This document shows positions 1-7,850 of a DNA stretch of 26,791 nucleotides, one piece after another (the first letter of the stretch is position 1; the number at the start of each line of letters is the position of its first letter). Position numbers and translations under genes: made by a program. This DNA comes from Candidatus Thorarchaeota archaeon (GTDB lineage: Archaea; Asgardarchaeota; Thorarchaeia; Thorarchaeales; Thorarchaeaceae). The stretch spans positions 1-26,791 of the forward strand of contig JBHIAE010000038.1 in assembly GCA_046758445.1 (NCBI GenBank), in the 5' to 3' direction. Below the pieces are notes generated by a model. The model was not told the DNA's origin. It saw only the letters and a list, made by a program, of their open reading frames with translations, and did no database searches.

Positions 1-93
1 TTAACCTTTGTTAATCTGCAGAGTGTTTTGAGAGGTTGGAAACGAGTCAATCTGTGCGATACCGTACGAATACCGTTCATTGTAATTTGGACA

Positions 94-1284
94 TCAAGCT
101 GTCCTTCCAGGAACGACACTGGATGCTCTGTCTTGAACATAAATGATGTTTCCAGCCGCATTTATGTCGGCATAAGAGTGTTCATCACATATTGAACAAT
201 AGAAGTACTCTCCGCCTCTTCTCTCCGCAGTGGACCTCTCGTCTTCCACACGAACACCTCTCTCTCCGCAAAAGTGACATGTCTGAGATGTATACCTTGG
301 GTTCACGGTCCACACACTATACGGTGAGTGTCCAAGCGACTCCCGCATGTACCTCACCGTCTCTATGACCTTCCCCCACAGATTGGAGCTCAGGTTCCAC
401 GACAGGTCCCTTGACCCCGCATGAGCCCGGAAGCTCCGAAGGTCCTCGAAGAACATCCTCTTGACCCGATGCTGCTCACAGAACCACACAGTCTTCGAGG
501 CAATGATGCGGGCGATCTCACGGTCGAGTCGCCGTAACTTCCTCCATGTTGCCTCGAGGTGCCTCATTTTCCTGAAGAGGAATCGAGGATACGCCTGCCC
601 AGAATGTTTCTTCTTCCAGTTGTTCTTTCTCCTGTCCACCTCTGACTGTAGGACCGATGCCTTCCGCCTCAGTGTCATCCTCTTTCTCATGAGGGAATCC
701 ACTGATATGAACAGGTCCACAAACTCGGTGTCCTTCTCCACTGAGAGAGCCACTGGCACCCTGAGGCCCCTGTCAGCTCCCGCCTTAGTTGTGTATTCCC
801 TCCCACCAAGGACCTCCGCGCTCACCACTCCATTGGGAGAATGGAATGGAATCTGGAGGATGACTCGATGGCCTCGCAGCAGCAGCCTTGGAGGAGCACT
901 CCGTCTTGAGCTCTTGAGTTGTTGAGTGTCAGAGAATGGGACCACATGAATAAAACACTGCCTGCACAACTCGACAAGATGACCCCTGGTCATATCAACG
1001 AAGTCGAGTTCAGGAAGGAATGGATGTGTGAGTACAACTGTAGTCTTTCCTCGAGTCACACCAAAAGCGGGTTTCGTTTCTGTGTAGGTCCTCCTGCTCT
1101 TGCCAATTCGTTCTACTATCGCACTATCCGGTCTTGGAAACGGATACCGGGTCATACCTAGGAACCGGAGTCTATCTCCTGCGCTGTTAAGGAGCATGTT
1201 GAGCGGACCAATAGTTCCCTCTCGCCATTCATAGACTCTCCTAGCTTCTCTATTTCCATAGAGAGCAGTTGTGTTGAAGACCAT
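94..1284 (-). CDS. tnpB: TnpB/Cas12f-like RNA-guided RuvC nuclease, intact C-terminal part (frame is open from 1350)
   Basis: RuvC-I GADRGLRVPVALS, basic helical segment, RuvC-II FFEDL, VNPRYTSQTCHFC...CSIC zinc ribbon, RuvC-III ADINAAGNI. The D/E/D triad is present. Confidence 0.9.
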   Translation of the reverse strand: MVFNTTALYGNREARRVYEWREGTIGPLNMLLNSAGDRLRFLGMTRYPFPRPDSAIVERIGKSRRTYTETKPAFGVTRGKTTVVLTHPFLPELDFVDMTRGHLVELCRQCFIHVVPFSDTQQLKSSRRSAPPRLLLRGHRVILQIPFHSPNGVVSAEVLGGREYTTKAGADRGLRVPVALSVEKDTEFVDLFISVDSLMRKRMTLRRKASVLQSEVDRRKNNWKKKHSGQAYPRFLFRKMRHLEATWRKLRRLDREIARIIASKTVWFCEQHRVKRMFFEDLRSFRAHAGSRDLSWNLSSNLWGKVIETVRYMRESLGHSPYSVWTVNPRYTSQTCHFCGERGVRVEDERSTAERRGGEYFYCSICDEHSYADINAAGNIIYVQDRASSVVPGRTA

Positions 1285-1900
1285 GTCCAGATGGTTCTTT
1301 CGGAGAGGTTCCTCGATGTCGCATATTGATACAAAACGGCAATCATCATCTTAGGCACGTCTTGATTTACTCTGGCTTAGAGCACTCCTCCACAATTTGG
1401 CTGCGCGAATATGTGGCTCACCATAAACCTCCACACCTCTCTGAATCAGGGGAATGAGTGATCTCATCGCAATTGCTTTTGAGGCTCTAATCGCCCCCTC
1501 TGGGTATTTGAGAACTGCCTTGGGGATGAACACAGAATCCAAACGGAATCGTAGACCCTTGAGTCTTACTCCTTAACCCATGGCGGTGGAGTTGTGGAAT
1601 GCTCTCTACACTCCTGTGCGAGATGCTTGAGTTGTCTGTAAAGGTCGCCGATTCTCTTCTGACGATGTCTTGAGACACTGGCATTGACGACACACTTCTT
1701 CTTAATGGAGATCTTGATGGTTTCTCTCCGGACTTTCAGGAGCCTGTTCACGTCGGAGAGAGATCCTCCTGTGGCATCCCATGGTCCTTAAACAGTGGAA
1801 TGCACCTCTACTGTCCCATCTTCTGATTGTCTTGGATCAGACTTCCAGTCTGAGGCCTGCAGGTGACACTTGTGAGCATGGATTTTCTTTCAACAGTCAT
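1285..1900 (-). pseudogene. Disrupted N-terminal part of the same TnpB/Cas12f-like gene
   Basis: Contiguous minus-strand segments: ATG 1900 MTVERKSMLTSVTCR; TAG at 1808-1810; frameshift within 1787-1751 (a (CT)3 slip gives GMPQEDLS|DVNRLL); -1 shift at 1569-1572 (PPPWVK|GVRLKGLRFRLDS); ORF 1351-1542 is in frame with 94-1284, separated by TAA at 1351-1353 or by a compensating frameshift pair via 1158-1358. Confidence 0.6.
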
Positions 1901-1999
1901 CTAATGATTGTCCAAGTTTGTATGAGATTTCAGGAGCTGTTGCAAACCCTTAAGAAAGACAAAAAGGGCATGAAATGACGTAGTCACGAGGCGAAGTTC

Positions 2000-2887
2000 A
2001 TGGTAAACTGCTCTCTGTGCGGAAAAGAGGACCTGTCGTTCACGTGTCCCTATTGCCGCGGCGTGTTCTGTGCAGAACATAGGCTGCCTGAGAGCCACGG
2101 GTGCCCAGGACTTCAAAAGGCAAAGGACGACGCTCGCAGGAAGATTGCAGACACATTTACTGGACAGTACCAAGAGGAAGACTATGATCAAGATGTCGTC
2201 AAGAGAGTCAAACCTCGAAAAGAACGCAAGAAGAGAGTAAGTAGGTTCTCCAGACAAGAACGAAGGGACCTACTGATAGCTTCAATTCTAATCGCCCTTG
2301 TGGGATTTGCAATGGTGGGAGGTATAGGTGGAGGGATACTGTTCGCAATCATCGAGTTGCCATCCCTGCTATTTTCACCAAACTGGTGGTTCATCCCCGC
2401 GATGTTGGTGGTCTTTTGGACTTCCTTTATGCTACATGAAATGGCTCACAAGTTCGTTTCTCAGAGGTATGGAATGACATCAGAGTTCAGAATGACACCT
2501 CAGGGATACTATCTCTCAGCTGTTGCAATCATCTTCGGCATCCCAATCTTCGGAACGGGAACGATGATGACGGGTGGCGTGCGGAGTATGGATGATTTCG
2601 CCAAGTCGAGTCTTGCAGGACCGCTGAGTAATCTGATCATTGGAGGCAGCCTGCTTGCAATTGCTGAAATCATTGTAGCGACCGGTGGCATTCTTCTTGG
2701 ACCACTCGGCTCTGTGCTGTTCTACGGGACTATTTTGAATGCCCTACTCGGTCTGTTCAACATGATACCTCTCAGGGGATTCGATGGAGGCACCGTTCTG
2801 CGTTGGGACAGAACGGTCTGGATTGTGGTTACAGCCTCGCTGCTTGTTCTCCTTCTGCTAGGCTACTTCGCGTTCCCATTCTCTTGA
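2000..2887 (+). CDS. AN1-type zinc finger fused to M50 (site-2 protease family) intramembrane metalloprotease
   Basis: CSLC..CPYC...FCAEHRLPESHGC AN1 motif, charged linker, several hydrophobic segments, HEMAH (HExxH), AGP, NMIP..FDGG. Confidence 0.88.
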   Translation: MVNCSLCGKEDLSFTCPYCRGVFCAEHRLPESHGCPGLQKAKDDARRKIADTFTGQYQEEDYDQDVVKRVKPRKERKKRVSRFSRQERRDLLIASILIALVGFAMVGGIGGGILFAIIELPSLLFSPNWWFIPAMLVVFWTSFMLHEMAHKFVSQRYGMTSEFRMTPQGYYLSAVAIIFGIPIFGTGTMMTGGVRSMDDFAKSSLAGPLSNLIIGGSLLAIAEIIVATGGILLGPLGSVLFYGTILNALLGLFNMIPLRGFDGGTVLRWDRTVWIVVTASLLVLLLLGYFAFPFS

Positions 2888-2946
2888 GTTCAGGAGGGGT
2901 TTCAATGGATGTATCCGTCAGAAGAAGACTTAGCAATGTGAAACTG

Positions 2947-2980
2947 ATATAAGACTGCACAACCCCCGCATCGTAGGTGG
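2947..2980 (+). promoter_or_regulatory. Putative TATA box (ATATAA 2947-2952) and Shine-Dalgarno (AGGTGG 2975-2980)
   Basis: Typical archaeal spacing ahead of ATG 2988. Confidence 0.5.
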
Positions 2981-2987
2981 AGCGTTC

Positions 2988-3665
2988 ATGTCCGTGGATA
3001 AGGAGAAGTTACTAGAACAAGTTGACACTCTCAGGAAATCAGTTGGCAAGGCGCTAGATAAGATCGAAAGACTCGAAACGGAGGTCGAGAATGCATCTAG
3101 TGATGCCGAACAGCTTCGAACAGAAAAGCGTGAAGCGGAAGAAAAGGCTTGGGCTGCTGAAGAGAAGGCTCAGAAATCAGAAGAGGAGCTTGAATCAACG
3201 AAGAGCTCTCTTCAGAGGTCCAAGAAGAAACTCAAGACTGCAACTGAAGAGCTCGAAACTTTGAAGAGTGACACAGCAAAAGATGATGAGATTACATCCC
3301 TCAGAGGGGAGCGCGATGCGCTCCAGGCTGAAATGGATGAGATAACTGGCAAACTGGAGAGAGTATCAGAGCTTTACAGAGAAACCGCCGCAGAGAAAGA
3401 GAAGCTCCAAGAGAAGGTCGATGTGAGTGATCTTCTGGCAATATACATCATGTTGATTGAAAACATATTCGGCGGGAAACCTCATGCTCGAGTTCTCTAC
3501 ACTCTACACAACACCAAGGCAGCAATAACCAGAAAGAACATCGAAGCAAGCACAGGCGTCATGCCTACAGCTGTCATTAAGGCTATTCATGATCTCCGCA
3601 ACGCGGAGCTTGTGTCCTTTGACGAGGAGAGTCAGGAAGTCAAACTTATCAAAGAGATAATGTAG
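2988..3665 (+). CDS. Coiled-coil protein with C-terminal winged-helix domain
   Basis: About 145 aa of E/K-rich heptads, then ARVLYTL...ITRKNIEASTGVMPTAVIKAIHDLRNAELVSFD wHTH pattern. Confidence 0.75.
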   Translation: MSVDKEKLLEQVDTLRKSVGKALDKIERLETEVENASSDAEQLRTEKREAEEKAWAAEEKAQKSEEELESTKSSLQRSKKKLKTATEELETLKSDTAKDDEITSLRGERDALQAEMDEITGKLERVSELYRETAAEKEKLQEKVDVSDLLAIYIMLIENIFGGKPHARVLYTLHNTKAAITRKNIEASTGVMPTAVIKAIHDLRNAELVSFDEESQEVKLIKEIM

Positions 3666-3713
3666 CCAAGACCATCATTGGTCCTGTTGCGACAAAGGAG
3701 CGAGTGAAAACAC

Positions 3714-4715
3714 TTGGGAAGAATCAAGTATGGACCCAGCCTAAAGAAGCATGTAAGGAGATACAATCTGCACGAGAAGCTGGGCTCAATCTTCCGGCTC
3801 TTGGGGAGCGACGCGCAACAGGTGGTGAATTGGGCGCAGGAAGAAGCTCGGCGGCAAATCAAAACAGGTGAAACGTCAAAGGGCTCGAGTCTCGGTAAGA
3901 CCATCTTTCACCTAATCGGGCATACTGCCGCAATTAGACTAGTACAACAGAACCATGCAAGGGGCCGACTCACGACCAAGAGCGAGGTGAAGGCACGGAC
4001 CGGTCAGAAGGTGGAGATGCCTGTGCTCTACCAAGAAGCAGGTCTGCGTCATCCTCAGGAAGCCAGAAACCTTAGGCATAATATCTTCCACGAGGCTTTT
4101 CTAGCCCTCATCCTTCATCACTTTCCTGATGTGTCCACCAGCGTGCCGTCAACGGGTGCAAGTCTTACACCGGACCTGATCGTCACACACACCAAACCAG
4201 ATTGGACGATTTCCGTTGAGTACAAGGGATATCGGTCGATTACGCTCCTGAGCGAGTCAGAGATACTCAAGGGAATGAGATACCAGGCGGCATATGGTAC
4301 CGCTTGGTTGGTTACTTCTTCCACAAAGAGCGTGGGTCACCTCTATGGCTCCACATTGTCGTCGGAGGAAGTAATCACAAAGGGTTTGGAACGTCTGCGG
4401 CGTATAGCTAAGAGAAGGGTCTTCACGGAAGAACAGAAGGAAAACAGAGGCATCGCAAAGAAAGGCATAGCACACCTGCAGAAGCAGAAAGATGTGAAGA
4501 TACAATGCATGATGATATCTGCAAAAGACTTGTTGGAGTCGTGTCGATCAGGTAAGCCGCTTAAGGGCCTTGCTATCACAACTGGACTGGAATTTGTGGA
4601 CCTTCTGAAAGAGTCGGGCTTCCCAAGGTTTGCAGAGAATGTTCTCAGAATCATGAAAACACCAGCTCGCTCAATTCACAGCGATACTGTTACCTCAATC
4701 CGGTTGATCGGTTGA
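3714..4715 (+). CDS. PD-(D/E)XK restriction-endonuclease-like protein
   Basis: FHEAF helix, TPDLIV...VEYKG core, basic helical N-terminus, TTG start. Confidence 0.7.
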   Translation: MGRIKYGPSLKKHVRRYNLHEKLGSIFRLLGSDAQQVVNWAQEEARRQIKTGETSKGSSLGKTIFHLIGHTAAIRLVQQNHARGRLTTKSEVKARTGQKVEMPVLYQEAGLRHPQEARNLRHNIFHEAFLALILHHFPDVSTSVPSTGASLTPDLIVTHTKPDWTISVEYKGYRSITLLSESEILKGMRYQAAYGTAWLVTSSTKSVGHLYGSTLSSEEVITKGLERLRRIAKRRVFTEEQKENRGIAKKGIAHLQKQKDVKIQCMMISAKDLLESCRSGKPLKGLAITTGLEFVDLLKESGFPRFAENVLRIMKTPARSIHSDTVTSIRLIG

Positions 4716-4747
4716 TCTCCTGCCCCTACCAAGACATGTTCCGAACC

Positions 4748-4754
4748 TTTATTT
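4748..4754 (+). promoter_or_regulatory. Putative TATA box (TTTATTT) for the Roadblock-nifB unit
   Basis: Only AT-rich patch in the spacer; the same CTTTATTTG occurs upstream of the 25277 gene. Confidence 0.45.
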
Positions 4755-4823
4755 GGCGCCAGCAACAACTCCCAGATATGCGCAGGTGAGGACCGAAAGG
4801 CCGCGCCCTGAGAGGGTTGAGAA

Positions 4824-5213
4824 TTGAATCAGCAAGACGCAAGCAACGTCCCCGGTATGCTAAAGGAGATGCTGAGAAAGCTCTCGCACAACTCTCCAAT
4901 CCTAGGAGCAGCCGTCCTATCAATTGAAGGACTGCCTTTGGTCAGCTACTTCCATGGAAGAGCAGAAGAAGTCGCAGTCGCGGCAATGGTAGCTGGCATT
5001 TACTCGGCAGGGGAGGCTACTGTTCGCGAACTTCGACAAGGTGACTTAAAGTCCATAATCATTGAAGGAGAGATGGGCACAACACTTGCCATTTCCATGC
5101 ATGGTGGCTACCTGCTGGCCGTAACAGCACCGGAGAACGCAAGGCTTGGACTTGTATTCAACGATTCCAAGAGAGTCGCAAGAGAGGCCGCCAAGATACT
5201 TCAGGGCTTTTGA
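4824..5213 (+). CDS. Roadblock/LC7 (MglB/LAMTOR-like) domain protein
   Basis: GAAVLSIEGLPLVS, VAAMVAGI..GE..V.EL..GDL..IIIEGE.G, ARLGLVF signature. Start is TTG 4824 or ATG 4857. Confidence 0.93.
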   Translation: MNQQDASNVPGMLKEMLRKLSHNSPILGAAVLSIEGLPLVSYFHGRAEEVAVAAMVAGIYSAGEATVRELRQGDLKSIIIEGEMGTTLAISMHGGYLLAVTAPENARLGLVFNDSKRVAREAAKILQGF

Positions 5214-6052
5214 TGAGTGAGCTTCCCATGACGGAGGCGTATCCATTCAAACATCACCCCTGCTGGTCAGAGAGAAGAGATGCCCTTTGGGAGCGGATTC
5301 ATCTCCCGGTGGCGAGAATCTGCAACCTGAAGTGCGCGTTTTGTGACCGTGTTTCCGTCTCGAGCTGTCATCTTCCGCGGCCGGGATATGCCAGTCAACT
5401 CATGAAGCCGTCAGCGGCTGTCTCTAGAACAATGGAGCTACTGTCCGAAAGACCTGACTTGCGAATTGTCGCAGTTGCCGGACCAGGCGAGCCTTTGGCG
5501 AATAGTGCGACCTTTGCTACCTTGTCGAGAATTAGGTCAAAACGGCCCGATGTCAGATTCTGTTTGAGCACAAACGGCGTTCTTTTGGAGGAGTATCTTG
5601 TTAAGCTCGTTGATCTAGGTATGGAAACGGTTACTGTCAGCATAAGCACTGTGAAACCTGAAACTGCTGCTGTCATTTATGAGTGGGCTACAATCGATGA
5701 TGGTGTCATGACCGGAATCGAGATGGGAAGGGAGATAGTGAAACGGCAATTGTCGGGAATCTCGCGAGCTTCGCAATCCGGAATTCGCGTCAAATGCAAC
5801 ACCATTCTCATACCGACTGTCAATGACATGGAAATGGCCAAAGTTGCCGAAGCTGTTTCCCAGGTTGGTGCTTCAATTCAGAACATTGTGCCGCTAGTCC
5901 CCTTTGCAGGGATGAGTCACTTGCGTAAGCCATCCCGGGACGAGATTCTCGAAGCACGTCAAAAGGCCTCCGAGTACTGCCGGCAGTTCTCACACTGTAG
6001 GCAGTGTAGAAGTGACGTTGTTGGCGTACCCGGATGTGATGCAATTCTCTAG
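5213..6052 (+). CDS. nifB: NifB-like radical SAM enzyme (stand-alone, no NifX domain)
   Basis: HPC, RIHLPVA, CNLKCAFC, RPG, AGPGEPLAN, CLSTNG, HCRQCRSD. ATG 5213 overlaps the Roadblock TGA (TGATG). Confidence 0.8.
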   Translation: MSELPMTEAYPFKHHPCWSERRDALWERIHLPVARICNLKCAFCDRVSVSSCHLPRPGYASQLMKPSAAVSRTMELLSERPDLRIVAVAGPGEPLANSATFATLSRIRSKRPDVRFCLSTNGVLLEEYLVKLVDLGMETVTVSISTVKPETAAVIYEWATIDDGVMTGIEMGREIVKRQLSGISRASQSGIRVKCNTILIPTVNDMEMAKVAEAVSQVGASIQNIVPLVPFAGMSHLRKPSRDEILEARQKASEYCRQFSHCRQCRSDVVGVPGCDAIL

Positions 6053-6876
6053 GCGGCATCAAGCATGCCCAGACAACCAACCTCTACTAGTTTGTTTATC
6101 AGAAACCAAAGGGCGTTCCGATCCAAAGGGAGAGACTCCAGTATTTCTTCTATCTCCTTGTGACCGTCAAAGCTGAGAACAAGGGCATCAATCGGCGTTC
6201 CATATTGAGCTTTCAATCTATCTAAGTGGACACTATCACAATCTTGTCGAACAAGAATATCCCTCTCACTTAGGCGACGCCTGAAGTCTATCCAACGGTA
6301 CTTGTACAGGGTTGAAATGGCCGCTATCACTTCGTCTTCAGGAAGTCCGATGAGGTCGAGAATCTCAGCAACGGTTCTTTTCCCGTTAATGAAAGCCTCT
6401 ACCTGTTCCAACTTCTTGTCAACATCACCAACTCGGAACCCAATCCTGTGTCCGCTCTTCTTCCGAAATGGTACAAGCTCCAAGTCGACATCGGAAAATG
6501 GGAACTCCTTGATCACGTTGAGCGCAAAGTCCCTAAACACTCTCACGTCTCCTTCGAAGTGGCGCAATCTCCTCCCATATTCTGATTCCACCTGCGTGAG
6601 AATATTCTTCAGTTTGTCACGGTAAGGTACTTCATCTGGCACAGGATCAACGACTAGAAGGATGAGCACGTTTTCTCCGACCTCGATAAGGATGTCATAG
6701 GCTTGCTTCTTGATGGTACGAATGGGGGTCTTTGCAAATATGATCACCGCGGTGACAAAACCAGCAATCAGGTCTGGGTCGACCGTGAGTTCGGCATAAG
6801 GAATGTTAAGCACAGACTCCCCTCCCTCCATCCGTATGAGAGACAGATATCTGACTTTCGACACGTCAACCGACAT
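6049..6876 (-). CDS. Longin domain + tandem winged-helix protein (NPRL2/NPRL3-like architecture), paralog B
   Basis: Longin pattern DPDLIAGFVTAV...ESEY..L..FEGD...F..F; repeats FINGKRTVAEI and FDGHKEIEEI. SD GGAGTGA at 6883-6889 favours ATG 6876. Confidence 0.72.
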   Translation of the reverse strand: MSVDVSKVRYLSLIRMEGGESVLNIPYAELTVDPDLIAGFVTAVIIFAKTPIRTIKKQAYDILIEVGENVLILLVVDPVPDEVPYRDKLKNILTQVESEYGRRLRHFEGDVRVFRDFALNVIKEFPFSDVDLELVPFRKKSGHRIGFRVGDVDKKLEQVEAFINGKRTVAEILDLIGLPEDEVIAAISTLYKYRWIDFRRRLSERDILVRQDCDSVHLDRLKAQYGTPIDALVLSFDGHKEIEEILESLPLDRNALWFLINKLVEVGCLGMLDAA

Positions 6877-6949
6877 TGTCAATCACTCCTCCAGTTCGCA
6901 AATACCTGTTGTCGAAGCTGAGAATGGAACCATAACGGACTCTATGCAT

Positions 6950-7804
6950 TCAAGACCCACCTGCCTTATGGAACCCCAATACGCCAGCATCAATCAGATT
7001 CTTCGCGACAGTTCTAACTGCTTCCATATTATAAGGAAGCACTTCACACACCTGCTGCAACGTCTTTGTCCCGTCGCACAACTCTACAAGCTTCGTCAGC
7101 TGATCACCATATACGCCGGCCAGAAGTTTCGGAGGTTCCATCACTTTCACTAGGATACTAGTGTCATGCAGCCGCTGGCTTAATGTTATCCATTTGTAGC
7201 GGTCAAGCATGGACAAGAGTGCTATGACTTCGCTGTCGGGAATTCCGCACTGTTGAATTATCTCTGAGATTGTGCGTTTTCCATTGATGTAACCAGCAAT
7301 CATCTGCAACTTCTTGTCAGTTTTGCCGACACTCCACGGGATGGTCGAGTGATGGTCTGGTGCGGCTTCAGACTTGGTGACCATTCTGGGAACAAGCTCC
7401 TCATCAAGATGCCTGTATGGATACACCTCCAATATGTGGAGAGCAAATTCGCGAAAGGGGCGGATATCACCTCTCCAGCTCTTCAGCTGGGTTTCGTATC
7501 CTGATTCGAACTTCTCTATGATCTGTGTCAAGGCCTCCCTATACTGGTTGTCATCCTCCACTTTGTCAATTATGAGTAGCCCAACGACGTAGTCACCCTC
7601 CTCAATTACGACTACGTAACCCTCCTTGGTGAATGTCTTGAGCTGCCTGTTCTCAAAGATGATAATGGCAAGAACGAAGCTGGCTACAAGGTCTGGGTCA
7701 ACTGTCATTTCTCTGTACGGGATACCTATTATTGGCTCTCCACCCTCCCGTCTGACCAAGGAGAGATATCTGACCTTTGCTTCAGAATCGGTCGGTTCGC
7801 TCAT
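6950..7804 (-). CDS. Longin domain + tandem winged-helix protein (NPRL2/NPRL3-like architecture), paralog A
   Basis: Colinear with paralog B (KVRYLSL.R.EGGE, TVDPDL, GD.R.FR.FAL, ELVP, DKKL, INGKRT..EI); second repeat CDGTKTLQQV. Confidence 0.72.
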   Translation of the reverse strand: MSEPTDSEAKVRYLSLVRREGGEPIIGIPYREMTVDPDLVASFVLAIIIFENRQLKTFTKEGYVVVIEEGDYVVGLLIIDKVEDDNQYREALTQIIEKFESGYETQLKSWRGDIRPFREFALHILEVYPYRHLDEELVPRMVTKSEAAPDHHSTIPWSVGKTDKKLQMIAGYINGKRTISEIIQQCGIPDSEVIALLSMLDRYKWITLSQRLHDTSILVKVMEPPKLLAGVYGDQLTKLVELCDGTKTLQQVCEVLPYNMEAVRTVAKNLIDAGVLGFHKAGGS

Positions 7805-7832
7805 CGCCTTGTGATGCTGTGTAAACGAGCAG

Positions 7833-7838
7833 ATATAA
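7833..7838 (-). promoter_or_regulatory. Putative TATA box (TTATAT) of the longin pair
   Basis: About 29 nt upstream of ATG 7804. Confidence 0.5.
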
Positions 7839-7850
7839 CTTGTCTGAACA

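Larger units (their letters stand above)
1..1900 (-). mobile_element. Probable solo-TnpB (IS1341-like) element remnant; ends not defined
   Basis: TnpB-like gene with no tnpA or serine recombinase in the window. The right end may lie beyond position 1. Confidence 0.4.

Noticed and set aside
461-925. 154-aa plus-strand ORF and the other short antisense ORFs in the track
   Set aside because: Shadows of motif-bearing genes on the opposite strand, with no independent support.
1570-1791. Programmed -1 frameshifting at two TTAAGGA sites
   Set aside because: Not a canonical slippery heptamer. The upstream shift is better explained by a CT-repeat slip near 1757-1763, and in-frame stops also occur.
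1-2000. CRISPR array or cas1/cas2 next to the RuvC gene
   Set aside because: No repeated 25-40 bp units or adaptation genes are visible. They can only be excluded inside the window.
4713-4811. Selenocysteine readthrough of the nuclease TGA using the downstream hairpin as a SECIS
   Set aside because: The extension is short with no redox motif, and the stem is too short for a SECIS. A leader role fits better.
5213-6052. Evidence for nitrogen fixation
   Set aside because: nifB alone is insufficient. No structural nif genes are present and some NifB motifs deviate.
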